Shown here piece by piece: positions 50,736-63,691 of a DNA stretch of 64,000 nt. A program made the translations under genes and the position numbers. Source of the stretch: Camelus ferus (Eukaryota); contig NC_045704.1 of the NCBI RefSeq assembly GCF_009834535.1, positions 66,588,001 to 66,652,000 on the forward strand, read 5' to 3'. The notes under the pieces were generated by a model. It had not been told where the DNA came from. It saw nothing but the letters and a program-made list of their open reading frames with translations, and made no database searches. Within the stretch, counting starts at the first letter, position 1, and each line of letters begins with the position of its first letter.

Positions 50736-51499
50736 CCCTCCTGTACATTTCTTCTAGCTACACGTGTCGTTTTCCTCCTTTTCCTAAAGCGTCTACCTCG
50801 CCTCCCATTCTCTGCCCACTTGCCCCACTGCCTTCGGTTTCCGCAGTTCTTTCACCTCTAGCCGCTCGCGCGGGTCACGTCTGCCCTCCTTTCCACTTCC
50901 CTCCCGTCCCCTGCCCCACGCCCCCTGCTTCCCTGGCTTGGTGACCGCCTGGGCCCAGCCGACTCCGAAGCCTGATCTGGGAACTGAGAAGAGCGGCCCC
51001 GGGGTGCGGCGAAGTGAGGCCTCGCAGTTTCGGCCTGAAGGAGAGCGCAGGGGAGGCCCGGGTCTCAAGTGTTCGGGGAGCTAGGCCCATGCCCCAGGGT
51101 GACACCCCTTCGCCTGGAGCACGGTCTCGGCTGCTAGGCAGGAGTGAGGCAGGGACGAGAAAATGCACCCACACAGTGAGCTGCCTCTCCAGCCTGGAAG
51201 GCTTCCGAATTGTCACGTACTGGAATCCCCAGTGGGATCCTGCCAGAAATGCCCATTTCTGGGCGTCACTCTGGGACTCCATCAAGGTGAGGCCCAGGAA
51301 TCTGACTTTTTGATAAGAACTCCCACTCCCCTCCCCCATGATTCCAGTGCAAAGAGGTATGAGGTCCACTCTGCCTGTCAGCTCCTCTAGGCAGGGATTA
51401 CTAACTTGTACCTCTTTTCCTGGCAACTCATAGCTTTGTACAAGATTAGCATTCGCTAAATGCGAATAAGTTGAGTGAATGAAGTTTTAAAAATTCATT

Positions 51500-53060
51500 G
51501 TAACAAACAATTCATGGAAATAATACAGAATCCAAAATTGTCCAAAAAAGGTACCGGGAAAAGTCAACGTTCCTGTTGTTCTGATATCCCAGGCTGCAAT
51601 CCTCCCTGTAAGCCATTAGTGAAAGTGGTTTCCTGAAAATGTTTTCAGATTTATTTTATGCACACGTCAGCATTTTTATATTTATTCTCTTTATATTTGC
51701 TGATGTTATTGACATAGGTGATATAGCATTGCAATTGGTAGTATGCTGTGTTTACTCTTCCACTTAATACAAGTAGATATGCCTGGTTCAATTGTACATA
51801 TGTATCTTAATGATTTAACAGTCCCCAATAGCTGGACATTTAATGTCCAGAATTTCCTATTACAAACAATGCTTCAGTAGACATCCTTATTCTTACATTA
51901 TTGTGCACAAGTACAAGCATATCTGTAGGGTAGATTTCTGGGAATTTGAATTGCTGGGTCAAAGGTTTGTTTGTGCATTCTTTGATAGATATTGCTAAGT
52001 TGCTCTTGTAGAGATTGTATCCATTTTACTCACACCAGCAGTGATAAAAGTGGCATTTCAAGTTAGTAGAAGAGGAGGAGTGTTCATTACCAGTGATTCT
52101 GGGACAAAATTCCCACTCCACTCCTTATCCAAAAGTATATTCCCAATGATGAAAAGACAAGTATAAAAATAAAACTATGAAAAACACTAAAATAAAACAT
52201 GATGAAGTTATTTGATAAACTGAGTGCAGTATAACCCCAAACCTAGAAGCCCTTAAAAAACTGATAAATCCAAATACATGAATTTCTTTAAGCCAAAAAA
52301 TAAAATACCATAAGCAAAATCAAAAGGCAAGCTGGAAAATAATAATTATAATACATATCATAAACAAAGGGCTGGTTTCTGTAATATGTAAAGAACTACA
52401 AACCAATAAGAAAATGACCGATGATGCAATAGAAAAATGACCTAATTGAAGAACAGATAGATTATAAAAAAGTAATGCAAAGTATTCTATATGTGAAAAG
52501 ATGCTCAGCTTCACTCATCATAAAAGACATGAATTGAAATGGCTGGAAACCATTTTTCACCTGTTTGATAACCTGTGGGCTGTGTGGGAAAGATTGACAT
52601 TTAATTATCTTCCATAAATGCAGCATTGTTTAGAATGGCCTAAAGCTGGAAATAACCTAGACATCTAGCAATAATGAACTGTTCGAAGGAAGTATGGCAG
52701 AGCCATGTAACTCGGTTGAATACAGTGGAGACCTTTTAAAAATAAGGAAGATCTATTATGTACTGCTATGGGAAGTATGCAAGATTAGATGAAAAAAGCT
52801 GATATGCAAATGAGTATGTTTAGTATGATTCCTTTTGTATTAAAATGCTAATAATAACAGTCATAATACACATATGTGCATAGAAAATTTCTGGGAGGAT
52901 GTACAAACAGTTAAGAGTGCTGGGGCAAGAGAGGCAGTGGTCTGAAGGGTGGGTCCTTCCTTTTCACTGTGTACCTCTTTGTGATGTTTGAGTTTTTTTC
53001 ATAATAATCCTGTCTTATCCTTGTAATAAAGCTAACTTTTAAAAAGGTAAGGCAAACTTA
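51500..53060. mobile_element. Cluster of old L1 (L1ME-type) fragments in both orientations
   Basis: Minus piece (ccagaatttcctattacaaacaatgcttcagtagacatcc...gaattgctgggtcaaagg) then plus pieces (atcataaacaaagggctggtttctgtaatatgtaaagaactac; tatgtttagtatgattcc). Confidence 0.7.
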
Positions 53061-53264
53061 CCACGTTTACTCACACATCCCATGGCAAGGTGGGAACCAT
53101 AGCTTTTCTTTTTCCCGAGGTGGACCCATTCCCAGCTAAAAACCATACATTCTGTAATTGTAAAAGAAAGGGAAAAAATTCAGCAATTTCTGCTGGTGAT
53201 GCTGAAATAAGTTTGCAGAAACCTGTAGTGCAAGGCTAAAATAAAAGTGTGACAGAGTTATACA

Positions 53265-53500
53265 TACCAGCTCTGTGACATCAGGCAGGTCACTCAACTT
53301 CTCTGTGCCTCAGTTTCTTCACTAATAAAATAATGAGGATAATATTAGCACCCACCTGGTAAGGAGGCTTACCAGGAAGTCACCTAAATTGTTATATATG
53401 TGTTATATTGTGTTTCATAGGTACATACCTATGTAATGATTACATTAAAATGTTGTATTTTTAAGTCCTTAGAACAGAGCCTGGCACTTTGTAAGTACTA
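53265..53500 (+). mobile_element. MIR SINE (interrupted)
   Basis: gctctgtgacatcaggcaggtcactcaacttctctgtgcctcagtttcttc ... ttagaacagagcctggcac. Confidence 0.8.
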
Positions 53501-54101
53501 TATAGGCGATTTTTATTAAAAGCAAATAAAGTAAAAATAAGCACAGCCAAATGGGAATTTCAAGAATGTACACATCGGTGGAAAGAATCTAAAAGAGTAT
53601 TTCATGAAGAAATGTAGTGTCAGTTCCATGGTGCCTGGGATGGTCGTTCCTTCCCTGTGCACCCTCAGCACCCGGCACGTCGCCTCCCACACAGTGATGC
53701 TCCAACTGCTGGTTTCTGAGTGAGCTTGGAAGGTCAGCAGTGTTGTTAGGTGGGTTGGAGGCAAGGAAGATATTTTAGGTGGAGGTAACCATTTGAACAA
53801 AGATAACAAGTGAAAACTCAATCCAGCACAGATGCTGGTGTGCATAGAGCCTGGTATATGTTGACTGAACACACATTATCTACTGCTTGGCTTGGCTGAA
53901 ATGTATCAGTCGGGTCTAGGCAGAAAGTGACACGTCACCCTAGAGAATTTAGTATCTTCACACAAGTGACAGAAATACTGAAAGTGTAGGCCATCCAGAG
54001 ACTGCAACAGTAGGAAACCTCTTTTGCCCCTAGAGCCAGTGGGACATTGGGAGTTTGAGATTTGTGTGTGTGTGTGTGTGCACGTGTGTGTATACCACAC
54101 C

Positions 54102-57100
54102 TTTTTTTTTAATTGAAGCGTAATCAATTACAATGTGTCAATTTCTGCTGTACAGCTTAATGTCCCAATCATGCATAAATATACATATATTCATTTCCAT
54201 ATTCTTTTTAATTAAAGGTTATTACAAGATACTGACTGTAGTTCCCTATGCTATGTGGAATTCTATTTTTGTCTATTTTTATATATACTGGTTAACATTT
54301 GCAAATCTCAAACTCCCAAATTTCTCTCTTCCCACCCCCTTTCCCCTGGTAACCATAAGATTGTTTACTATGTCTGCAAGTCTGTTTCTGTTTTGTAGAT
54401 GATTTCATTAGTGTCCTTTTTTGTTTTTAGATTCCACGAGTGATATCATATGGCATTTTTCTTTCTCTTCATGGCTTACTTCACTTANNNNNNNNNNNNN
54501 NNNNNNNNNNNNNNNNNNNNNNNNNNNNNNNNNNNNNNNNNNNNNNNNNNNNNNNNNNNNNNNNNNNNNNNNNNNNNNNNNNNNNNNNNNNNNNNNNNNN
54601 NNNNNNNNNNNNNNNNNNNNNNNNNNNNNNNNNNNNNNNNNNNNNNNNNGCTGTGAACATTGGGGTGCACGTATCTTTTAGAATTAGAGTTTTCTCTGGA
54701 TATATGCCCAGGAGTAGGATTGCTGGATTATGTGGCAAGTCTATTTTTAGTTTTTAAAGGAATCTGCATACTGTTTTCCATAATGGCTGCACCAAACTAC
54801 ATTCCCACCAGCAATGTAGGAGGGCTCCCTTTTCTCCACACCCTCTCCAGCACTGATCGTTTGTGGGCTTTTGAATGATGGGCATTCTGACTGGTGTGAG
54901 GTGATACCTCATTGTAGTTTTGATTTGCATTTCTCTGATGATTAGCAATATTGAACATCATGTGTCTACTGGCCATCTGTTTGTCTTCACTGGAGAAATG
55001 TCTGTTTAGATGTTCTGCCCATTTCTTGATTCAGTGGGGTTTTTTTTTGTTATTGAATTGTATAAGCTGTTTGTGTATTCTGCAGGTTAAGCCCTTGTCA
55101 GTCACATCATTTGCAAATATTTTCTCAGTCTATAGGTTGTCTTTTTGTTTTGTTTATAGTTTCCTTTGCTGTGCAAAAGCTTGTAAGTTTGATTAGGCCC
55201 CATTTGTTGATTTTTGCTTTTATTTCTATTGCCTTGGGAGACTGACCTAGAAAAACGTTGCTACGATTTATATCAGAGAATGTTTAGCCTGTGTTCTCTT
55301 CCAGGAGATTTATGTTGTCTTATGTTTAAGTCTTTAAACCATTTTGAGTTTATTTTTGTGTATGTTGTGAGGGAGTGTTCTAACTTCATTGATTTATATG
55401 TGACTGTCCAGCTTTCCCAACACCACTTTGCCAAAGAGACTGTCTTTTCTCTGTTGTATATTCTTGCTGCCTTTGTTGAAGATTAATTGACTAAAGGTGT
55501 GTGGGTTTATTTCTGGGCTCTCTATTCTGTTCCATTAATCCACATGCCTGTTTTTATGCCAACACCATGCTGTTTTAATCACTGTAGCCTTGTATTGTCT
55601 GAAGTCTGGGACGGTTATGCCTCCAGCCTTGTTGTTTCTTCAGTACTGCTTTGGCAATTCTGGGTCTTTTGTGCTTCCATGTAAATTTTAGGATTATTTG
55701 TTCTAGATCTGTGAAAAATGTCCTGGGTAATTTGATAGGGATTGCATTAAATCTGTAGATTACTTTGGGTGGTACGGCCACGTTAGCAATATTAATTCTT
55801 CCAAGAGCGTGGAATGCTTTCGGTTTCTTTAAATCATCTTTAATTCCCTTTATCAGTGTCTTACAGTTCTCAGTGTGTGACTCACCTTGATCAGGTCTGT
55901 TCCTTAGTGTTTAATTTTTTTTGGATGTGATTTTAAAAGGGATTTTTTTTTTAAACTTTCCTTTTCTGATATTTCATTGTTAGTGTAAAGAAATGCAACA
56001 GATTTCTGTATGTTAATCCTGTAACCTGCTACCTTGATGAATTCATTTATTANNNNNNNNNNNNNNNNNNNNNNNNNNNNNNNNNNNNNNNNNNNNNNNN
56101 NNNNNNNNNNNNNNNNNNNNNNNNNNNNNNNNNNNNNNNNNNNNNNNNNNNNNNNNNNNNNNNNNNNNNNNNNNNNNNNNNNNNNNNNNNNNNNNNNNNN
56201 NNNNNNNNNNNNNNNNNNNNNNNNNNNNNNNNNNNNNNNNNNNNNNNNNNNNNNNNNNNNNNNNNNNNNNNNNTTTTTTCTGTTGACTGTTAAGGCTGGC
56301 TGTGGGTTTGTCATAAACAGCTAGTATGTTGTTGAGAATTTTTGCATCTGTATTGATCAAAGATACTGGCCTGTAATTTTCTTTTTTGGTAGTACCTTTG
56401 GTTTTGGTATCAGGGTGATGGTGGCTTCATAGAATGAGTTTGGGAGTGTTCCTGCCTCTTCAGTCTTTTGGAAGAGTTTGAGAAGGATCCATCTAAGTTC
56501 TTTTGTATGTTTGGTAGAATTTCCCAGTGAAGCCATCTGGTCCTGGACTTTTGTTTGTGGGAAGGTTTTTGTTGTTGTTGTTGTTGTTGTTTTTAAATTA
56601 CAGAATCTATTTCATTTATAGTAATGAGTCTGTACAAATTATCTATTTCTTCTTGATTCAGTTTTGGTGGACTGTATGTTTATAGAAACACATTCATTGC
56701 TTCTAGGTTGTCCAATTTGTTGGCATATAATTGTTCATAGTATTGTTACGGTTTTTGTATTTCTGTGGGATCAGTTGTTAATTTCTCCTTTCACTTCTTA
56801 TTTTATTTGGGGCCTTTCTCTTTTCTTCTTGGTGAACCTGGCCAGAGGTTTGACAATTTTGTTGGCTCTTTTGAAAAAACACTCTTCATTTTATTGATTT
56901 TTTCCTATTTTTAACCCCTATTTTATTTATTTTCTCCCTGATATTTATTATTCCTTTCCTTCTGCTGACTTTAGGTTTTGTTTGTTCTCCTTTTCCTAAT
57001 TCTTTTAGGTTGTAGATTAGATTTATTTGAAATTGTTCTTGTTTTTTGAAGAAGGCCTGTATCACTATGAACTTCCCTCTTAAGACTGCTTTTGCTGTAT

Positions 57101-57220
57101 CCCATAGATTTTTTGTGGTTGTGTTTTGTCATTTTTCTCAAGGTATTTTTAAATTTCCACTTTGATTTCACTGTTGACCCATTGGATTTTAGTAGCATAT
57201 TGGTTAGTCTCCATGCAGTC
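54102..57220 (-). mobile_element. 5'-truncated young L1 (ORF2 from end of endonuclease through RT to 3' end), disrupted
   Basis: Minus translations [86 protein letters not shown]; poly-T at 54102-54110. Confidence 0.95.
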
Positions 57221-57439
57221 TTTTTTTATAGAGAGTTTTGAATGTCAGATCTTGAATGTAGGGGTTTCTGTATGTTTTGTTAGGCAGAGGCGGGCCACAG
57301 AAGGTTAAAAAAAAGGAGAACGACGTCATTAAAACCATTTTAGGAAGACTTTTCTGATGGGGAAGATGGGAAACAGGGAAAGAATAGCTTCCATTTGAGT
57401 TCCTCTCATGTATCAAGCATGGTGCCAACATTTGTTCAT

Positions 57440-57900
57440 CTCAGAAAGATGATGTGTCTGGGTCTGGCTATGTTGAGTTTGAGATGACCTCATACCTGGA
57501 TGAGTGTACTACCCATGTAACAGGTAATGTGCATCTGGAGCAGGGGTGTAGAGATGTAAGGATGAAGACTTTGGAGTCTTCTGCAGAGAGGGGAGCACAA
57601 AGCAGGTGAGGGAGGACAAGCCATTCAAGTCACCGAGTGTAGAGGAAGAAGATAAGCAGGCAGGCTTTATGGGAGACCAGCGGGGGTGGTGGGCAGAGTA
57701 GGAAAATCAATGAAGGGAAAAAAGTGCAGAGAGCCAGGAGAAGCAGAGAAGCTGATCTCCCTTCAGGAGCCAAGAGAAGCCGGAGCTTCAGGAAGGAAAG
57801 GTTAGTAGTGGCAAATAACACTTCCTGGCCAGAAGTGAAGACCGAGGGGGAAAGCTGTTGAATATAATGGCGGATGCACGTGGGAATAGTTTCTCTAGCC
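57440..57900 (-). mobile_element. L2 fragment
   Basis: ggctatgttgagtttgagatgacc...gatgaagactttggagtcttc...gagtgtagaggaagaag. Confidence 0.6.
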
Positions 57901-60117
57901 AAGTGAGGTCACGAGAAGGCAAGGCAGCCCTGGTCAGCTGGCCCTGGCCGGCTGAGTGAAGCAGGAGGCGTGGCAAGGTGCCGAGGGGACGAGGGGGGCG
58001 GGGGACCGCCGGGAGAGAGGACTGTGCCGCGTCTCCCTTGAGCTCCCCGGGTGCGGGGCCTGGGTCCTCCTCACTGGTGAACCCTGCAGCTTCAGCAATG
58101 CATAGGACTCGGTTGCATGGTGACTGGCTGACTGACTTGCACAATGAATAAATGAATGAATTTGGTGCCAAGTAATCTCAATTGAATTTAAAAATTGTGG
58201 AGCAGCAGAAAAAGCCCAGCCAAGAGTCAACAACTTCACGCTACTTTCCCCACGTCTCAGTAACCTGAACAGATAAGACTGGGTGTTTCCTCGGCTGGGT
58301 TGGCAGGTGAGAGCTACAGGGAAAGAAAAAAAAAAAAAGAATAAGGAGAATAGTAGGATATACAAAGCATTTCTGAAATGTCTGACCGGCGGGTCCAGGC
58401 AGCGCAGCGGGGAGGACGACACGACGCAGGCGGAGGACTGGGAGCGCGAGAGGCGCCGACGTGCTTGCCATTGCGAGTTTACAAGCTTTGCAGGTGGGGC
58501 CTAGGGTCAGTGCTTGTGGAGCAGCCTCAAGTACTTCCAAAGTGCAGTCAGGGCTGGGTTAGAGGGAACTGGAGAGAAGGCTGGCAAGTTCAGAATCTGC
58601 ACCACTGAACAGTTTCAGGTATGAGTCCAAGCCCACGATGGTGACTGATTGGGGTGGGAAGTCGGGTAACTGGAGGTGGTGATTCTGAGCTTGAGGGAAC
58701 TGTAGGGGCATCTTGGTTCTGATGCCTTTGGCTAAATCATAGGATAGTGATTTTCACTAAAGGAAAAACCAAGAGTCAACCCTAAAGGATATATAGTCAG
58801 GTAAAATCTGTAAAAAGGGCTTAAATCATGACTCATCCAGCAGTCACCAAAGCACAGGGAAAGGCACTGGGCCAGCTTAATATCCCTTCATCTATTTGAC
58901 ACCCTCCCCGCTCCTGGCAGGTGCGCGCAGCTGACAGCTGAAGTCAGATAAAGTGGCAGATTTGGCTGGAAGGGCAGATGTTACAGGTAAATCAGCCAAG
59001 GTTTTGATGAGCTTCACATTCCAGAATTAAGCTATGATTTGTTCTTCTGCCAGTTCACTGTCTCATAGTACTTTGGCGCATGTGTACGTACAGCTATAAA
59101 TGTGTGTACACGCACATACATACATTTAAGGGAAAAAATAAGTCTTCCTGATTCTACCTTAAGATATAGAAGTCTGTTAACCACAATGTGTATCTTGTTT
59201 TTGTCTCTTGTTTTAGTTTGTTACTTCTCTGAACTTCTCTTAGTTATGGGGGGTGAAGGAGTAGATGTAGGAGGGACAGGACAAAACTTCACATACATTT
59301 TTTCCATATGGATGACTACAAGCACGTTTCTCTCCTACCGTTTAAGAAGGTTAAGGAACACCTTTCTAAGGCATTTGTAGTATTCCTCACTGCATGATAG
59401 CTGAAATTCATATGGTAATTGAGCTAAATCTAACCATACTTTTCATATCCATTTTTTCCCCCCAGAATGAACAGAACTTCAGTTATGTTGCATGCGGTTT
59501 GAGGTCAGGATTTTGGTGCCTGAACCGTACCGGTTTCTGCATTGCAATCCTGCCAAGGAGGCTGTAACGGTAAGGAAGATGAGCCAATGGAAAAGAGAGC
59601 ACCACTCACATGGTAGCTTTAGAAGAGCGCCCTGACCGCAGGCCTGCTCAGGTGAGCTGCAACGGAACAACTCAGAGTCCCATCATCCCCTACCCTGAAT
59701 AGAGAAAGTTTGGCTCAGGAAAGCCCCAGGTCTAATTCCCCACCTCGCTTGGAAGAGAGGATGGCAGGCCTGCCCACTAAGAGGGCAAGAGTGAGTGACT
59801 GCACGTGGTTTCTGCAGTCATGTTCATTTGTAAAAACACAGCCCAATGAATAGCTTGGGCTCACTGCAATCTGGTTAGTAACTCCTCTTCCCTTAGGAGG
59901 GGCGACGAGGAAGGAGACAGGTGGGGAAGAGTAGAACTTCCTAAGTACTACAGATGGAGCCCACTCAGCCACACTGAGCCTTCAGTGCCACACCAAGTGT
60001 GAGTCATCTTTTGGTTTTATAGCAATTCCTTTGCTATACCGCTGTTAAGCTGAAGAAAAATTTCAGTTGTCTTATTTTTAAAAGAAAATATTGCAAGTTG
60101 TCAGCCACGTTAGGAGA

Positions 60118-60314
60118 TGTCTTAGACCTTCCAGATACACTCAGCTCCAGCTCAGTAACCGCCGAGTGACCGCGTTTGTTTCCAAGTAGAGCACAAGTCA
60201 CCCAGCCAAGCCCTGAACCCCTGGATCACGAGATACGTAATAAAATGGTGGTGGTTTTGAGTCACTGACTTCTGGGATAATTTGCTGTGCAGCAGTAGCT
60301 GGGATGGATGTACA
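60118..60314 (+). mobile_element. MaLR LTR (MLT1) 3' fragment
   Basis: cacccagccaagccctg...aataaaatggtggtggttttgagtcactgacttctgggataatttgctgtgcagcagtag...taca. Confidence 0.7.
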
Positions 60315-61784
60315 CCATCCGCCACCCACCACCTGAATCTCAAGTAGTTCTGCCTTTCTTACGGCTGGTGTTCAGTATTTACTGGCAGCCTTTTCCATTT
60401 CAGAGTCTCCTCCACTGTTACATCTGAGCTCGCCTTTCACAGGTTTGAGATGTTCCAGTTCTTTGATAAAGCACTCATCTGCTTAAGGCATTTAATTACA
60501 GGTCATGCTATTGACCTTGCTCCTTGGACGCTACTAGAAATTGAAAGCATTCCTTCTTCACTTTAAAGCTGGAAACATTTCTTGTTTTTAAATTGACTAA
60601 CAATAAGACCTGAATTTGACATTTTAGTCAGATGTGTGGGGAATTGGTTAAAAAGCATTTTGTTTCATCCTCAACTGAAAACATTCAGTAAAATGTAGTT
60701 ATTCTGAACAGTACTGTCATTGCTCGAGAGACTGAAATGAATGAGTACCTGCACATACCCCAGAAATGGCACTGAAAACTTTTTCCATGTTTTCTTGTAA
60801 CTTGCTGTCTCTGAGAGTGGGATCCCTTGAGTTTATCCCCATTACTCAAGGTTTTATTAGTTTCTATACAGACTTTCCTTCTTTTTTCCTTCCTTTTAAA
60901 ACCCTGCCATATATCCTCTGGACAGCCAAGCACGCCTGTAGTGTGACATCCTTGTTACAGGGACCCATGAGACATTTTCTCCTGTCTTAGTAACAGATGT
61001 AGTGTTTCTCTAAAGCAGCTGATTTGTTTTTATCTTGCACTAAAACACTGAACACAGAGCTCATGTTCTGTGTTAGATGCCAGGATGCGCAGAGCTTACC
61101 TTTATCCACTGTTGGCTTCCTAATTTCTTCCACCTTCATTTTCCTTTCCTTAATTTCCTGTTTAAAAAAAATAACTTTGCAGATTTTTCTTAATAAGCTG
61201 TCTTAAAAGCATTTTGGAAATCTTTCAAGATCTTAAGGTATCACGAAGGCCCTCCTTTCTCTAGCACACCGTACCAGCACTCTGTATGCTTTGTAATGCT
61301 TTTCAGTTGAGAAGAGGAGCCATCTGGTAGTCATTAAGCCTCAGAATAATTCCAGTAAGTGAACTGAGTTTAGTGACATAAGCCAGTCACTAAACTTTTC
61401 TCAACAGTTGCTTTGCTTAAAAAAAGACAGATACAGCCATTATTCAAATACACATTTTTGTAGAAGGCTAGGAGTACTGAGACGTCCTTCTGATCTTTAC
61501 CTATGGTTCTACTTTGATACTCTTCAGTTTTGACGACTTAAATTTGTGAATATCACATGTGAGATGAAGCCATACATCTTACCAGTTTTAATTCCTTACA
61601 ATAAATGTTAAGGTGATTTTAAATGATTTTTAGTTGAATAATGTTTATTTCACTGATAAGTATTTTACATTTGTTAAGAACTCTCTCCTTTTTCCAAATT
61701 ATTTAAGTGGCTTACAAAAATACATACAATTAAAAAACCAATCAATGGAGACAAAAAAGAGCATGTTAAAATATAACTATAATA

Positions 61785-61996
61785 CAGCTGACCCTTGAAC
61801 ACAGGTTTGAACTGGGCGGGCCTACTCACGCGGATTTTCTCAGCAAGCCCCCACTACAGTACTGCATGATCTGCAAGCACTTGGTTGAACCCTCAGATGC
61901 GGAACTGTAGACACAAAGGGCCTATGGTAAAGTTTTTTATTTTCAACTGTGTGGGGCTCAGCACCCCTAACCCCCGTGTTGTTCAAGGGTCACCTG
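61785..61996 (+). mobile_element. MER8 (Tigger2-derived MITE)
   Basis: TIRs CAGCTGACCCTTGAAC / GTTCAAGGGTCACCTG; TA at the left flank. Confidence 0.9.
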
Positions 61997-63279
61997 TCCT
62001 CAGAACACTTGCTGTGAGGACCTCTAAGGTGGGTGTGCGAGCTGGACTTGGCACCTAGGTTCAGTTCTCTCTCCTCATCACTGCTTTCTAATCCAGAAGG
62101 CTTGAATGCTACGTGTGGGAAAGATCACAGGTCACTAATCTTGTTTTCCCTGTAAAACACACTATCATGTTGCAAATATCTGTCATAACTACAGTTTTGA
62201 AGTACCAGATAATTCAACCTATTCTAGCACTCAGGAGTGAGAAATCAGCATAAAAGTTGATAAAAAGTTGACCCCACCTTGAGTCTGACAAAACCTGGGT
62301 AAGTCCTCAGTTGTCTGCAGAGAAACACCATACACAATGATTGACAACTTTGAGTCTTCTTATAGCATGGTAGTGTAAGTTGAAGAAATGTTCTAACAAC
62401 GTCTCCTTCTGGAAGAACGTATAAAGGGTAAATTAACTATTATCTCTTCTTGTTTTGGTATTTAATTTTCTCATAGCAGGTCCTTATTTTACCCAGAAGG
62501 CAAAACTTAATATTCTTGGAATGAAAGCTTTTCTATAAAAGAACAGACACAGATGCTTCCCTAACTCCACCTATGAATGTCATTGTCAGTTCTGTTAACT
62601 AGTTTGCTTTTGATCCCAAGCAGTAAACACAATAAAGGAGACTTCTAAATAAGTATTTACTGAAATACTAAGAAAGCAGTATGCTGGAAAATAGGACATC
62701 CCATGAATAATGACATAAAGGAAGCAACAACTCGCTAAGACGTATTAATGGCAGTGACCATCGCTCCTTGGGTGCCCTGCGTAGCTTAGCCAGGATGCAC
62801 ATTTCTGCCACTGGAGATGACGTTGAGTCGGGCCACTTTGCCTCCTGACCAAGTTAAAATTATATTGCTTTAATCCTATCATTGACTCTGGGTAAAAATC
62901 TCTCTCCTCCTGTTTCAGTTGCTAAGGAAGGAAAAGAGCTCTCCTGTGTCTAACTTTGACCCAGACTTTCTAGGCAGTCTCTCTTTCAGGTCCTTTTTAT
63001 AGCTTCATGTAGTTCTCTGGTCATACACTAACATACATTTGCTCTAAGAACACTTGTATCATTCCTTTGGTTTCAACTATGACTTTTATACTGGCCAACA
63101 AGATCTCTGTATCCCAGCTTCGCCAATTTTCTGGACTTGCATGTGCAACCAACTACAGGCCATTTCCTATCTATCTGCCATCTCCCCCTAAACACACACA
63201 CCTCTACATAATAATTATAATACTGTTTATATATGTTTGATCATATTGAAGTTTTGTGAATATGTTAGCAAACTTTATG

Positions 63280-63597
63280 CTTTCTAAATGTTTTTTAATT
63301 CAAATTTCTTTAAATAACCAAAGGTTGAAAACTTTACAAAAAAGTTAATTATCTTTAAATCGGTGAAGTTCTTTTCCATTTCTTGCCCTCAAAGGGTCTA
63401 AGCACGAGTGGATCTTTGTAGATATACCAAGGGGCACATGACTGATCCTTTCTCAAGTCAACTTTTTCCAAACAGAAATCTCTACATAAATAGGACCAGC
63501 CTATGTTAATTTATGTGGTGGTGATGTTACTTTTCAAAACATCGTTAGTAAATAAATACAGAGGAGGTGTAAAATTTTGTGGTTTGCCTGGTGAATC
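63280..63597 (-). other. DNTTIP2: DNTTIP2 3'UTR (minimum extent; true end uncertain)
   Basis: Follows the TAA stop; nearest ATTAAA on - strand at 63294-63299. Confidence 0.55.
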
Positions 63598-63691
63598 TTA
63601 ATTGCGAAATTTCTTCTTCTTTCGAAACTTCTTTCCTGCTGCGTTTGCTGCCTTTTCAGCCATGATCTCTGAGTACTTTCTTCGGTTATAT
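63598..63691 (-). CDS. DNTTIP2: Last coding exon of deoxynucleotidyltransferase terminal-interacting protein 2 (Fcf2 homolog)
   Basis: (R)YNRRKYSEIMAEKAANAAGKKFRKKKKFRN*, the recalled DNTTIP2 C-terminus. Preceded on - strand by polypyrimidine ttggtttttctttttAG (AG at 63693-63692) and branch-like CTCAT (63720-63716). Confidence 0.95.

Larger units (their letters stand above)
49440..50760. promoter_or_regulatory. BCAR3: Major CpG island; inferred distal BCAR3 promoter
   Basis: Extreme GC/CpG density; NRF1-type GCGCACGCGC 49888-49897, GC box GGGGCGGGGC 50313-50322, RFX-type palindrome 49647-49659. The gene assignment is by synteny. Confidence 0.8.

Noticed and set aside
51446-51467. Overlapping short inverted repeats (TTAGC/GCTAA; ATTCGC/GCGAAT)
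   Set aside because: 5-6 bp arms, expected by chance, with no supporting context.
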